64,000 nucleotides of DNA, taken from contig CP060756.1 of the NCBI GenBank assembly GCA_023205875.1, forward strand, positions 1,116,001 to 1,180,000, read 5' to 3'. Made by a program: the position numbers and the translations under genes. Origin of the DNA: Chloropicon primus (taxonomy: Eukaryota). The notes beneath the pieces are model-generated. The model made no database searches, was not told the origin of the DNA, and was given only the letters and a program-made list of their open reading frames with translations. Positions 18,379-28,672 of this stretch are shown piece by piece. The first letter of the stretch is position 1; each line of letters starts with the position of its first letter.

Positions 18379-20250
18379 ATGGAGGGGGAGAAGGCTTCAG
18401 TCGTGTCGGCAATGGATGTGGAGAAGGGCGGGGTGGTGACCGGAGGGACGCCTCGTGCGTCCGGCTCCGCGAGGTCTTTCGGGGTTGCGTTCGACAAGGT
18501 TCGCTGGACGCCCCAGTCGAGCGGGGGGTGCCCCTGCGTCAGGGGCAAGAAGCCAAGGGAATGGATTCTGTCCTCCATCACGGGTTACTTTGAACCCGGG
18601 ACGCTCACGGCGATCATGGGCGCCTCTGGCTCCGGCAAAAGCAGCCTCCTGGACATCTTGGCGAAGAGGAAGACGCAAGGGACGGTCGAGGGGAGGATCT
18701 TTTACGGGGAGAACCCGCTGACGACCGACTTTGCTCGCAGGCACGTCGGTTACGTGGAGCAGTCCCCGTCCCTCATCGCGAACCTGACCGCGGAGGAGAT
18801 GCTCCTGTACACGGCGGCCCTGCAGAGGCCGGCGGGCGAGGACCCCGCATGGCAGAAGAGCGAGATCCACAAGCTCATGGACAGGCTTGGGCTTCTGGGG
18901 CGCAAGGACGTCATCGTCGGCGACGCGCTGGCCAAAGGCCTGTCGGGCGGGGAGACGAAGCGCGTGACTATCGCCCTGGGCATGATCCGCGAGCCCGCGG
19001 TGCTGTACCTGGACGAGCCCACGTCCGGCCTGGACAGCGCCACGGCGAACGAGATCATGAAGCTCGTCAAGGACATCGCGGACGACGACAGGACCGTCGC
19101 CACGTCGATTCACTCGCCAACCGCGTTCTGCTTTGGGTTGTTCGACAACCTCTTCCTGCTCGCGTCTGGCCGAGTGGCCTTCTTCGGGAGAGCCGCCGAG
19201 GCCGAGGAGTTCTTGGGCACGGTCGGGGCGGCGAGGGACCTGAGCTATACCACGAGCGAGTGGCTCGTCGAGCTCCTCGCTCAACCCTCGAGCTTGGCCA
19301 AAATCACGGACGGGTACGAGAAGTCTGGCCTGGCGCGGGAGAACGACGAAAAGGTGAGGCGACTCCAGAACATGGAGTCCCCCGAGTCGGGAGGCGCGGC
19401 GGCGGGCGGCAGGAGGAGGCGGCCCGTGGCCGAGACGAAGAAGTCCTTCTTCCAGGAAGTGAGAGCTCTGGTGAAGTTCAGGACGCCGAGGAATTACACC
19501 GACGGGGCCTACCTGGGCTCCAGGATAGGGGACAAGATCTTGTTCATGCTGGTGATCGTGTCCTTGTACTGGGGGAAGGGGAAGCCCGAAGGCGGTGCGA
19601 GTTACGCGAGCTCCATGCAAGTCCTCCCCTCGGTCCTCTTCATGGTGGTCGTCCTGCCAGCGTTCGGCGCCGCGGGCTACATGCCTTCCCTCATGATGGA
19701 GCGCCCGATCTTTGTCAGGGAGAGGGCTGACGGAAACTACAAGGTCATCAGCTACTTGCTCTACAAGGTCGTGGAAGAGTTCGTGGTCACGGTCCCCGTT
19801 TCCCTGCTCTTCTGCGTCGTCATCTACTACGGGGTCGGGATGCACGGCAGCCTGGCCCTCTTCTGGCTGATTTTCCTCGTGACGCAGAATATCGGAATCG
19901 TGCTGGCGTACCTCGTGGCCGCCTTCTCGCCCTCGGTGGACTCCGCGAACGCTTTCCTGCCCTGCTACGTCACCCTCTGCCTGTTTTTCGTGGGTCTGCT
20001 GATCCCCTACGGCGAAATCCCCGTGTACTGGTCGTGGTTCACGTACATCACGTTCCTCAGGTACAGCTGGACCGCCCTGATGATGAACGAGTTCCAGGGG
20101 CGCGACATCCCCTTCGATGTCCTCGGCCTCTTCTCCATACCGAGCGACGAGAGCAAGTGGGCGTACTTTGGCTACACCTGCATCTTTTACCCCGTCTTCT
20201 TCCTGGGGGCGTACCTCATCATGTCCTTCAGGAAGTACGTGAAACGCTGA
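18379..20250 (+). CDS. ABCG (White-type) half transporter
   Basis: GASGSGKS Walker A, LSGGE signature, LDEPTSGLD Walker B, C-terminal ABC2 membrane domain. Confidence 0.95.
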   Translation: MEGEKASVVSAMDVEKGGVVTGGTPRASGSARSFGVAFDKVRWTPQSSGGCPCVRGKKPREWILSSITGYFEPGTLTAIMGASGSGKSSLLDILAKRKTQGTVEGRIFYGENPLTTDFARRHVGYVEQSPSLIANLTAEEMLLYTAALQRPAGEDPAWQKSEIHKLMDRLGLLGRKDVIVGDALAKGLSGGETKRVTIALGMIREPAVLYLDEPTSGLDSATANEIMKLVKDIADDDRTVATSIHSPTAFCFGLFDNLFLLASGRVAFFGRAAEAEEFLGTVGAARDLSYTTSEWLVELLAQPSSLAKITDGYEKSGLARENDEKVRRLQNMESPESGGAAAGGRRRRPVAETKKSFFQEVRALVKFRTPRNYTDGAYLGSRIGDKILFMLVIVSLYWGKGKPEGGASYASSMQVLPSVLFMVVVLPAFGAAGYMPSLMMERPIFVRERADGNYKVISYLLYKVVEEFVVTVPVSLLFCVVIYYGVGMHGSLALFWLIFLVTQNIGIVLAYLVAAFSPSVDSANAFLPCYVTLCLFFVGLLIPYGEIPVYWSWFTYITFLRYSWTALMMNEFQGRDIPFDVLGLFSIPSDESKWAYFGYTCIFYPVFFLGAYLIMSFRKYVKR

Positions 20251-20530
20251 GCCCGAGGCGTGAGCTAAACCTAAATCCATTTTGCTTTTGTTGTTGATTC
20301 TTGTCTGCCCTTGCGATTGAAACGCCCGGATATCCCTCCCCTCCAGTTCTTGGCCTTAAGAATCTGGCTTCTTCAACTTCTCGCGGAAAAAGGTGGGGTC
20401 CATCCAAAAATTCCTAAAAGGATAAGGACGGCGGAGGCAGCTGGAGGACTTGGTGGGGTCCCCTCGAGAGCAGAGACGGAGTCGAGAAGGAGGGTGCGCG
20501 GGAAGAAAGAGCAGTAGCGGCGGTCCCACC

Positions 20531-21343
20531 ATGGGTTTGGCTCTCTCTCTGGGCGGGTTGGGTCGCTTTAACCCGGGGCAGGACCCGAAAATGGGTGATA
20601 TGCAGGTTTTGGCTTTCGAGGACAAGGAGGCTTCGGTGGACCAGGATTATTTCGACGCCACGAGGGGGTACCCGTGGCCTGGTAGCGTGCCGGACGCCGT
20701 GCTCGCTTCCCCAGAAGGTGAGCGCCGATAGCGATTCGGGTGCTGAGGCGAAGGGCGGTGTGTGCTGGAGGGACTCTTCGTTTGGCCCCCATCCCAAGCC
20801 CCTCTGTTTTGTGCGTGTGTGAACTCTCTCTCGCTGACTAGGTTTCGTCTCGCCTCGTGTTGCCCCCTCCCCTGTTTGTCGCCCCTCCTCGCTCTCGCAG
20901 GGCTCGAGCACCCTCGGAAAGACATGTGGGACAAGAGCGTGTATCCCCCGCGGCGCAGGGCACCGTGGGAGAGGAAGCGGCCAAAGCTGACGCACTACGA
21001 GCGCATGTTGTACAACAGCATCATATCCATCAGCTGGCAGAACGTTTGGTACTACAGGGACCGGATGAACGTCCCGAGGGGGCCCTGCCAGCTTCCCGTG
21101 CTGCGTCAGGCGTGGACCAACGGCTTGGTCGACGAGAACACCCTCGTGTGGGGGCAGGGTTTGCTTGATTGGATCCCGGCGAAGAACGTGACGACGCTCG
21201 TTGCCCAGGTGAGGACGCCGGAGGTGAGGCTGGCGACCTGGCTGAAGAAGAAGATGGCGATCGAGCCCCAGTACCGAAGGGTGCGCAAGCAGAGGGAGAA
21301 GGAGAGGAACCACACGTCCTCCCAGGTAAAAAAAATGTTCTAG
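20531..21343 (+). CDS. TIC56: Tic56 chloroplast translocon subunit (GYF_2 domain; intron 20718-20900)
   Basis: WYYRDRMNVPRGP...DENTLVWGQGLLDWIPAKN...RTPEVRLA motif; canonical splice sites keep the frame. Confidence 0.8.
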
Positions 21344-21483
21344 AACGACGACGTGCGTGGAGAACGAGGGAGAAGCGTGAACCGCGACAACAACACGAGT
21401 TACGGACGGCTTGTTGGGGGTGATCAATCGAGAGGAGCGAATGATTAGCGTTTAAGCGTAATTGTAACTGCTTGCTTGTCAGT

Positions 21484-22779
21484 TTACGGCATCGAAGAGA
21501 ACTGGCTGCGAAAGGCCTTCATCTGCCGGTCTGGAATTTCAAAGTCGTGCAACCTCGCCTGCACGAGGTTGCAGTAGTCCCTCACGTACGATTCGTTCAG
21601 GCCGTCGAGCATCTTCATGACTTCCTTGTGTATCATGAGCGTTTTGGGAGACTCCTGGGGCACAAACTCGGTGAAAACTTTGAGGATCATCTGCGTCAGC
21701 TTTGCCGAGTTGAAACCAAGGGCGCTCGACTTGCAGCCGTTCACCTGGCGCTGCAGGTAGTCGGTCAGCCACGACTTGAAGTTTTCGCCCTCCCCGCTCG
21801 CCGTCGGCAAGAGCTCCAGGGCAATCTGGTTGCACAGCAACACGTTCGAGAGGATCGAGGTCGCGCCGGACTGGATGGCTCCCGCCCCCATTCCGAAGAA
21901 GAGGTCTTGCAAGGCTCTCGCGTCCGACTTCTCCAGCATGATGCTCACGCAGAACGCGATCCCTTCCAAGTCCGTTCTGCTGCCGCACGCCGCCAGGGCT
22001 CTCCTCAAGATGGGCAGGAGCTCCTCGGACGCTCCCGGGAGGACCTTCTTGCAGATTCTCTGGAAGGTCGAGGGGGTCTGCCACGCGAGCATTTCGCCGC
22101 CCGCCTGGAAGCAGTGGTTCAGCTCGTTCGCCCAGAACAAATTGAACAGCGGCCGGGGGAAGGTCTCTTCCTCGGTCGCGGCCAAGGCGGCCTCGACTGC
22201 CGGCCCCCGGCCCGGTGGCGCGGTCCGCCAGAGCTCCCTCAAGGCGTTCAGGGCTCTGAGATGGTCGTTTTCCGCGCCCTCACCGTCCCCGAGGTCGCCG
22301 GAGAGCTCCACCAGCCGCCTCATCACGGCCCCCCTGGGCTCCCCCGGCAGGTTCAAGACCCCCTCCACGTCCAACGAGGACACGTGGTCTGACCAGGAGA
22401 CGACGCCCGCCCCGCTCAGCTCCCACAGCAGGAGGGGCGGCAGGCGACCGCCCACGTCCTTCAGACCGAGCGCGTTGCGGAAGGTCCCCTCGCAAAAGGC
22501 TCTCCGACGTCGGAGAGCCTTGATCGCCCCCACCACAACCCCCACCGTGCCCCGGTCCACCCCGGCCCTCGAGCGGTCCGTCACCAGCGCCCGCAGGTGG
22601 CGACCCACGACCCTCGCGGCCACCTGGGCCTCCGTGAGACCGCCCTCACGCCGGTCCGCTCCCGAGGCCGCCGCCTCCGACCTCGCCCTCGCCACCAGCT
22701 CTTCGATCGACTCGCCGTAGTCGTAGTCGTAGTCTTCATCGTCGTAGTCCCCCTCCTCGATCATCATCCTCGTCGTCAT
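21484..22779 (-). CDS. Helical protein whose C-terminus resembles the Fanconi anemia group A N-terminal domain
   Basis: FTEFVPQESPKTLMIH...DYCNLVQARLHDF resembles FANCA as I recall it ([16 protein letters not shown]...DYISLAKTRLADL). Confidence 0.55.
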   Translation of the reverse strand: MTTRMMIEEGDYDDEDYDYDYGESIEELVARARSEAAASGADRREGGLTEAQVAARVVGRHLRALVTDRSRAGVDRGTVGVVVGAIKALRRRRAFCEGTFRNALGLKDVGGRLPPLLLWELSGAGVVSWSDHVSSLDVEGVLNLPGEPRGAVMRRLVELSGDLGDGEGAENDHLRALNALRELWRTAPPGRGPAVEAALAATEEETFPRPLFNLFWANELNHCFQAGGEMLAWQTPSTFQRICKKVLPGASEELLPILRRALAACGSRTDLEGIAFCVSIMLEKSDARALQDLFFGMGAGAIQSGATSILSNVLLCNQIALELLPTASGEGENFKSWLTDYLQRQVNGCKSSALGFNSAKLTQMILKVFTEFVPQESPKTLMIHKEVMKMLDGLNESYVRDYCNLVQARLHDFEIPDRQMKAFRSQFSSMP

Positions 22780-23111
22780 CGAAAGCCCCTCCCTCCTCTC
22801 TCCCTCTCTCTCGGTGGTCCGTCCCTGCAGGAGACCATCGAAAGGTCTCTCGACGTGACCTGCCACGACACCAGCACCCCCGCACCTCGCCCTGGACGAC
22901 CCTCGTCCAACACCCAACAAACAAACCCAAACCTGGCCCCCCTCTCTCTCTCTTGGCCTTGGCCTTGGCCTCTCTCGGGCTGGCGTTTGCCAATTTATCT
23001 TCTTGAGAAATCTGGGGTCGAAACCGTGTTGAGAAATTTGTGTCTGTGGTGGAGAGGCGAAGGATAATCTTCTTGCGGAGTCGAGGCGAAGGAAAGCGGG
23101 AAAGAGCGAGG

Positions 23112-24371
23112 ATGGCAAGCCTGGCGTTGTTGAAGTGGACGACAAGGAGCGTGTCGAGGCACGCGAGGGCGCTCGTCGGGGCGGGAGCGCGTGCGGCGGA
23201 GCTCAGGGCAGTTAATGTGGGGCTCGAGAAGACCCAGAGGAGGTTCGCGAGCACTGATCTGTTGAAGACGGTGTTGTACGACTTCCACGTCGGTAAGGGT
23301 GCGAAGATGGTCCCTTTCGCCGGGTACGCGATGCCGATCCAGTACCAGGACTCGATCATGGACTCGACCACGTACTGCAGGGAGCAGGGGAGCATTTTCG
23401 ACGTGTCCCATATGCTCGGAATCACTTTGACGGGGAAGGACGCCGTCCCCTTCATCGAGAGCCTCGTCGTGAGCGACATCGGGGCACTCGAGGACGGGAC
23501 TGGCTGCCTGAGCATCCTGATGAACCCCCAGGGCGGGGCCATCGACGACACCGTGATCACCAAGATCGACGGCGAGAGGGTGTACTTCGTGGTGAACGCA
23601 GGAAACCGGGAGAAGGACCTGAAGCACATCAACGCCCACCTCTCCGAGTGGAAGGCCAGCGGCAAGGACGTGAGCCTGACCACCCACGAGGACAGGGCCC
23701 TCCTCGCGGTCCAGGGCCCCGAGGCCGCGAACACCCTGCAGAAGCTCGTGGACATCGACCTGTCCAAGATGTACTTTTCTCACTTCACGGTGAGTCCCAT
23801 CAAGGGGATCGAGAGTTTCATCACGAGGACTGGGTACACTGGTGAGGACGGCTTCGAGATCAGCATCCCGAACGACGGCGCCCTGGAGATCATCGAGGCC
23901 CTCCTCGCGTCCGGGCCGCTCAAGCTCGCTGGACTCGGCGCCAGGGATAGCTTGAGGCTCGAGGCGGGCCTCTGCTTGTACGGCAACGACCTCGACGACA
24001 CCCTGAGCCCCATCGAGGCCGGACTCACCTGGACCATCTCCAAGAGCAGAAGGGAGGCGTGCAACTTCGTTGGAGGCGACGTCATCAAGCAGCAGCTGGC
24101 TGACGGAGTCGGCATCAGGAGGGTCGGGCTCATCTGCAAGGGGGCCCCAGCGAGAGGAGGTTCCAAGATTTTGAACTTGGAGGGAGAGGAGATTGGCCAC
24201 GTGACCAGCGGAGGTTTCAGCCCTTGCCTCAAGAAGAACATTGCCATGGGGTACGTCAAGAAAGGAAACCAGAAGTCTGGCACTGAGCTCAAGGTCGAGG
24301 TCAGGAAGAGGGTGAGCGACGCCGTCGTGACGAAGATGCCTTTCGTTCCTGCCAAGTACCACAGGCCATGA
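23112..24371 (+). CDS. gcvT: Glycine cleavage system T protein (aminomethyltransferase), mitochondrial
   Basis: FAGYAMPIQY, FDVSHM, TRTGYTGEDGFE, GLGARDSLRLEAGLCLYG. Confidence 0.97.
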   Translation: MASLALLKWTTRSVSRHARALVGAGARAAELRAVNVGLEKTQRRFASTDLLKTVLYDFHVGKGAKMVPFAGYAMPIQYQDSIMDSTTYCREQGSIFDVSHMLGITLTGKDAVPFIESLVVSDIGALEDGTGCLSILMNPQGGAIDDTVITKIDGERVYFVVNAGNREKDLKHINAHLSEWKASGKDVSLTTHEDRALLAVQGPEAANTLQKLVDIDLSKMYFSHFTVSPIKGIESFITRTGYTGEDGFEISIPNDGALEIIEALLASGPLKLAGLGARDSLRLEAGLCLYGNDLDDTLSPIEAGLTWTISKSRREACNFVGGDVIKQQLADGVGIRRVGLICKGAPARGGSKILNLEGEEIGHVTSGGFSPCLKKNIAMGYVKKGNQKSGTELKVEVRKRVSDAVVTKMPFVPAKYHRP

Positions 24372-24559
24372 GCAGCTCTACTGTGCCAAACAGAACAACA
24401 AAAAAAGATACAAAAAAAACAAAAACGCGCTTGGGCATAGACTTTAAGTACACACACACACTTGAATAAGATTTACATCACGAGCCTCGTGGGCTCTGGA
24501 AGCTTGCAACGCCGCTCCCCCCCCTGCCTCTGGGCAACCGAATTCTTCGACGGCAAGCT

Positions 24560-24883
24560 TCAGTCCGAGAGGTTGATGGGGTCTGACAACACAAACACGG
24601 GGAGTTCGTACTTTCGCCCTTTCTGGTCGTAGCACACGCTCAAGTCCGGCTCAGAGATGATGACATCCGCCGCATCGAGGATCAGCTTCGCGCTCTCGAT
24701 GTCGTCCGCGCTCACTGCAACCTTCAGGGCGTCCCAGATAACACTCTCACCTCCGTAGTGAGGCGCAGTGTCCCAGAACTCGTCCCGCAGCTGCTGGAGC
24801 TTCTCCCGCGTTATGGGCTCCTCCGACTTCCACGAGGGCTTGAAACCCTTGCGAGCCTTTTCCTTGGAGTTCAGGCAACCCAT
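24560..24883 (-). CDS. UBTD/DC-UbP ubiquitin-binding-domain protein, N-acylated
   Basis: MGC N-terminus; RDEFWDTAPHYGG...IWDALK...CYD.KG..YELP.FVLS.P.N. Confidence 0.85.
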   Translation of the reverse strand: MGCLNSKEKARKGFKPSWKSEEPITREKLQQLRDEFWDTAPHYGGESVIWDALKVAVSADDIESAKLILDAADVIISEPDLSVCYDQKGRKYELPVFVLSDPINLSD

Positions 24884-25169
24884 CGCCCTGCCCGTCTGAA
24901 GGCCCCCTCCAGGAAAGAGAGTCGAGCGAGGGCCAGGCCGCCCCTTCAATAGACCCGGCGCCACTACTTCGTGAGCGCCGCACCGCACGACACACAGGCA
25001 CCACGAGAGCCCGCTCCTTCCCTTCCGTCGCCCCCCTCCGCTGCAACAACAAGGCCTCGCCAAGCCAAGGTGAGTCGAGGCGATCCCGATCCCGATCCTC
25101 TCTTGTGATTCCATCCGTCCGCTGCAGACACGGAGCCAGAGCCAAAACCAGAGAGAGAGAGAAGAGAAG

Positions 25170-26004
25170 ATGGCCCTCAAGGTGAACGTGGCGACGAGGT
25201 TGGCGTGCCTCGCCAACAAGGGGGGCTTCCTGCAGAAGATGGGTACGCCACTCCTCGGGTCGAGGCTCTACCACGAGAAGGTGAGGAAAACGTAACGAGC
25301 GAGCGAGAGCGAGAGCCGAAAGGCGGTCGCCAGGGCCTCCCACGTCACGGAAGAGAGAGGGGGGACGCGAGGTTTTTCCACGCGTGCGGAGCGCTGACGC
25401 CGTTGTCTCTTTTTTATTTTCGTCGTCGTCTCCTCGGTGCCTTCGTGATTCCTTCTCCTTGCGTCGTCACAGGTTATCGACCACTATGAGAACCCCAGGA
25501 ACGTGGGGTCCTTCGACAAGAACGACAAGAACGTGGGAACGGGCTTGGTCGGGGCCCCGGCTTGCGGCGACGTGATGAAGCTCCAGATCAAGGTAAGGGC
25601 GTCGGGTCACAAGCTTTGCCTGTTTTCTTTGGCTCCGCCCTGGTCGGGCGAGGCGAGCGTGCGTGTGTGCGTGTAAATCCCACAGGGAGGGAGTTTGTTT
25701 GGTTGTGTGCTACCGTTTTCCTGACCTTCTCTGTCTTTGGGCTCCGCCACACCTGCAGGTCGACGACGACGGGAACATCATCGACTCTTGCTTCAAGACG
25801 TTCGGGTGCGGTTCTGCCATCGCGAGCAGCAGCTTGGCCACTGAGTGGGTGAAGGGAAGAACTCTGGACGACGTCGTAGAGATCAAGAACCAGGACATCG
25901 CCAAGCACTTGAGCTTGCCCCCTGTCAAGCTCCACTGCAGCATGCTCGCGGAGGACGCCATCAAGGCTGCTGTCAAGGATCTTAGAGCGAAGAACAAGAA
26001 GTGA
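25170..26004 (+). CDS. ISCU: Mitochondrial Fe-S scaffold IscU (exons 25170-25280, 25473-25592, 25759-26004)
   Basis: YHEKVIDHYENPRNVG, GAPACGDVMKLQI, FKTFGCGSAIASS, LPPVKLHCSMLAEDA. Confidence 0.96.
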
Positions 26005-26129
26005 CGAGGAGAAGCGTCGTTGTCGGTAGGTAGGAAGTAGTCCACCACCAGAGTTACAATAGTAAAGTAAAGGGGGGGTTTCTTTAAGTATGTCACCACA
26101 TTCTCATGCCCTCGCACACGGCACACCCG

Positions 26130-27062
26130 TCACAAGTCGCCGAAACCTCCGAGGCCTGCCACCACCTTTTTGTTCTGAAACAGCTTCCTGATGAAGAAGA
26201 ACTGCAGTGCGCTGCAGGAGATGATCACGAGAGCCTCGAGCAAGCCGTACACCCTGACCTTGTAGGCGACGTAAGTGAGAAGCCTGTACTGCCAGATCTG
26301 TATCTGCTTGATGTGCTTCTGCTCGTTGTGCGTGTGGTAGACCGCCCCCCCGAGCTTCCTGGTGTCCTGCTTGAGGGCGATGATGTGGTCCTCCTTGGCA
26401 AAGTAATCCAACTCCTCCTTGGTGAGCGACGGCTGCATGTCTCGGACGTCCTCCTTCGACAGCTTCCAGCTGTGCCTCTCGAACTCCGTGCCCACGGCCT
26501 CGGGCAAGTTGATGTGAAAGTACCCCACGTCGACGTCGACCGCTCCTTGCCTGCTGTCGGACCGGAAACACACGTAGTAGGGTCCCTTGGCTCCCACAAA
26601 GTTTTGGCCTTCGCCGTCGCCGAACGAGAGCTCGTCCTGAGTCACGCCCTGCCTGGGTCCGTCGTAGATCACGTTCTCGAAGTGGTCCTTAATGTAGTAC
26701 GTCACCGGCTTGGGCGTCTGGTCGTTCGGGTTGGACGCCATGGTGACAAAGCCGAGCTCGAACTTCAGGGGCCTCTTGAACTCCCGCAATCGGGTTCGAA
26801 CTTCCTCGTCCGTCAGGTTCCTGTCCGCATTGCGCCGGAAATTCCTTTCCACGGTCGCGAGCACGACGTCCCACTGCTGCCACGAGACCATCTCCCCGAC
26901 GCACTCCTCCGTCACGGAACTCGGCCCCCCGAACATTCTGAACTGAAGCCCAGAACACTCGCCCGACATCGTGAGGACCACCGCGCCACACCACACCGCG
27001 AAAGCGAAGCCTCCGGTCGACCAACCCCCCCGAAGGACGCTCCATCCTCGCGTCCCGCCCAT
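26130..27062 (-). CDS. p24/emp24 GOLD-domain cargo receptor, paralog A (intronless)
   Basis: Signal peptide, EC...GPYYVCF GOLD cysteines, coiled coil, C-terminal TM with Q..FIRKLF tail. Confidence 0.75.
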   Translation of the reverse strand: MGGTRGWSVLRGGWSTGGFAFAVWCGAVVLTMSGECSGLQFRMFGGPSSVTEECVGEMVSWQQWDVVLATVERNFRRNADRNLTDEEVRTRLREFKRPLKFELGFVTMASNPNDQTPKPVTYYIKDHFENVIYDGPRQGVTQDELSFGDGEGQNFVGAKGPYYVCFRSDSRQGAVDVDVGYFHINLPEAVGTEFERHSWKLSKEDVRDMQPSLTKEELDYFAKEDHIIALKQDTRKLGGAVYHTHNEQKHIKQIQIWQYRLLTYVAYKVRVYGLLEALVIISCSALQFFFIRKLFQNKKVVAGLGGFGDL

Positions 27063-27273
27063 CCTTCCTTCCCTTCCCCTCAAAGCCCTCGCGCGCTCGT
27101 ACTCTGCCTCGGTCCAAACCCTCTCCCCCCTCGTCGAGAGCCAGGCAGGCGTTCGTAACGGCTAATGCCTGGGGAAAAAGAGAAACCCTACACGGGAGCG
27201 GGAGCGACGAAGGAGGAGAGCAGAGGAGAGGGACTGCGGCCTCGCCGACGAAGACGGGGGCAGGGCGGGAAGG

Positions 27274-28262
27274 ATGACGGGGAGGGCTGGGCCAAGGGGC
27301 GGATGGGTCGGCCTCGTGGTCGCTCTTTGTGCGCTCTGTTTCTTGGCGGACGAGGCCTCGGGCATAAAGTTTCGAATGTTTCCGCAGCTGAATCAGAAGG
27401 AGTGCGTGTCCGAGAGCGTGTCGGAGAACCAGTGGGAGCTGGTCCTGGAGTCTGTCGAGGCGAACTTCAGGAAAAATGCGAAGCGAAACTTGACGGATCA
27501 GGAGATCGCGGTCCGCTTGGCCTCCTTCAGGAGGCCCGTGCTAATCGAGATCGGGTTCCTTACCATGTCTCCCAACCCGTCGGACCAGACCATGAAGCCG
27601 GTGGACTACGTCATCACCGACGACAGGGGAAACATGCTGAGCACGAGGACGTCCATCACGCAGGAGGAGGTCGAATGGAAGAGCCACGTCGGGGGGAAAG
27701 GTGCGTCCACCATGCTTTTGCTTCGCGGTTTCCAGCTCGTTCTCTCTCTCTCTCTCTCTGGCTCTTGTTCTGACTTGGGTGGCGCACTTTCTTTGCTCTG
27801 CTGGCGTCGAAAGGTCCTTACACCATCTGCTTCACGGCGAACAAGGAGTTCGGGGTTGTGGAGGTTGACCTGAGCTACTTCCACATCAACGTGCCGGAGG
27901 CTGTTGGCACAAAGCACATGAAACACAGCGCAGAGCTGAGCGAGGAAGACCTTCGAGACATGAAGCCGGTCCTGACTGACGAGGAGCTCAAGTACTTCGC
28001 CAAGGAGGAGCACATCCTTGAGCTCAAGGGGGACATGAGGAAGGTGGGCACGGCGGTGTACCAGGCGTACTACGAACAGCAGCACATCAAGCAGATCATG
28101 AACCGCCAGCACAGGGGAATCTGGCAGTTTGCAGTCAAGGTGAAGATTCTTGGGTCCGTAGAGGCCTTTTCCATTGTGCTTTGCAGCATCATTCAGTACA
28201 TCTGCGTCCGACGCCTCTTCAGAGGCAAAAAGTCTGGGAGCGTAAGGGGCGGATTAGTGTAG
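27274..28262 (+). CDS. p24/emp24 GOLD-domain protein, paralog B (intron 27701-27813)
   Basis: Colinear similarity to paralog A (RNLTD.E...RL..F.RP, YFHIN.PEAVGT, YFAKE.HI); splicing restores KGPYTICF. Confidence 0.75.
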
Positions 28263-28672
28263 AGGAGGGGGCGACCTCGTCGTCGTCACACGGCCTTCAT
28301 CCAAATGCAATAAACGCAAATAAGGCAACCACTGGTAATGCCATCCTGTTCCACACGTTTTGACGCCACCCCGGCCACTCCCCATTTCTGCAATGCACCA
28401 ACGCGGCCCGAGGTCCCATTCCCCTCGACGTTTTGACGATTGACCCCTCCCTCGCACAAAATCAAGTTGGACAGTTGGCCGAGCCGAGAGCGGAACAGGA
28501 AGAGGACTTGGTCGAGCCAGTATGGGGTCCAGGGCTGAGGGACGGGAGTGAAGCGAACCTTCAGGCCCAGGGAAAGTCACAAAGGTCCCACCTTTGTTTA
28601 CCGGTTGCGCGGCCGCTTGGTGGAGCTCGAACGTTGGGAAGGAAAGTAAGAACAGAACATTTCTGTGTGAAG

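Noticed and set aside
20265..20276. CTAAACCTAAA telomere-like or telomerase-template-like string
   Set aside because: Single imperfect copy in a 3'UTR with no supporting context
18397..20280. Long antisense ORFs (this 627-aa one; also 466-1980, 22995-24362, 39685-41589, 60917-62494, 62489-63892)
   Set aside because: Shadows of GC3-rich genes on the opposite strand; no recognisable motifs
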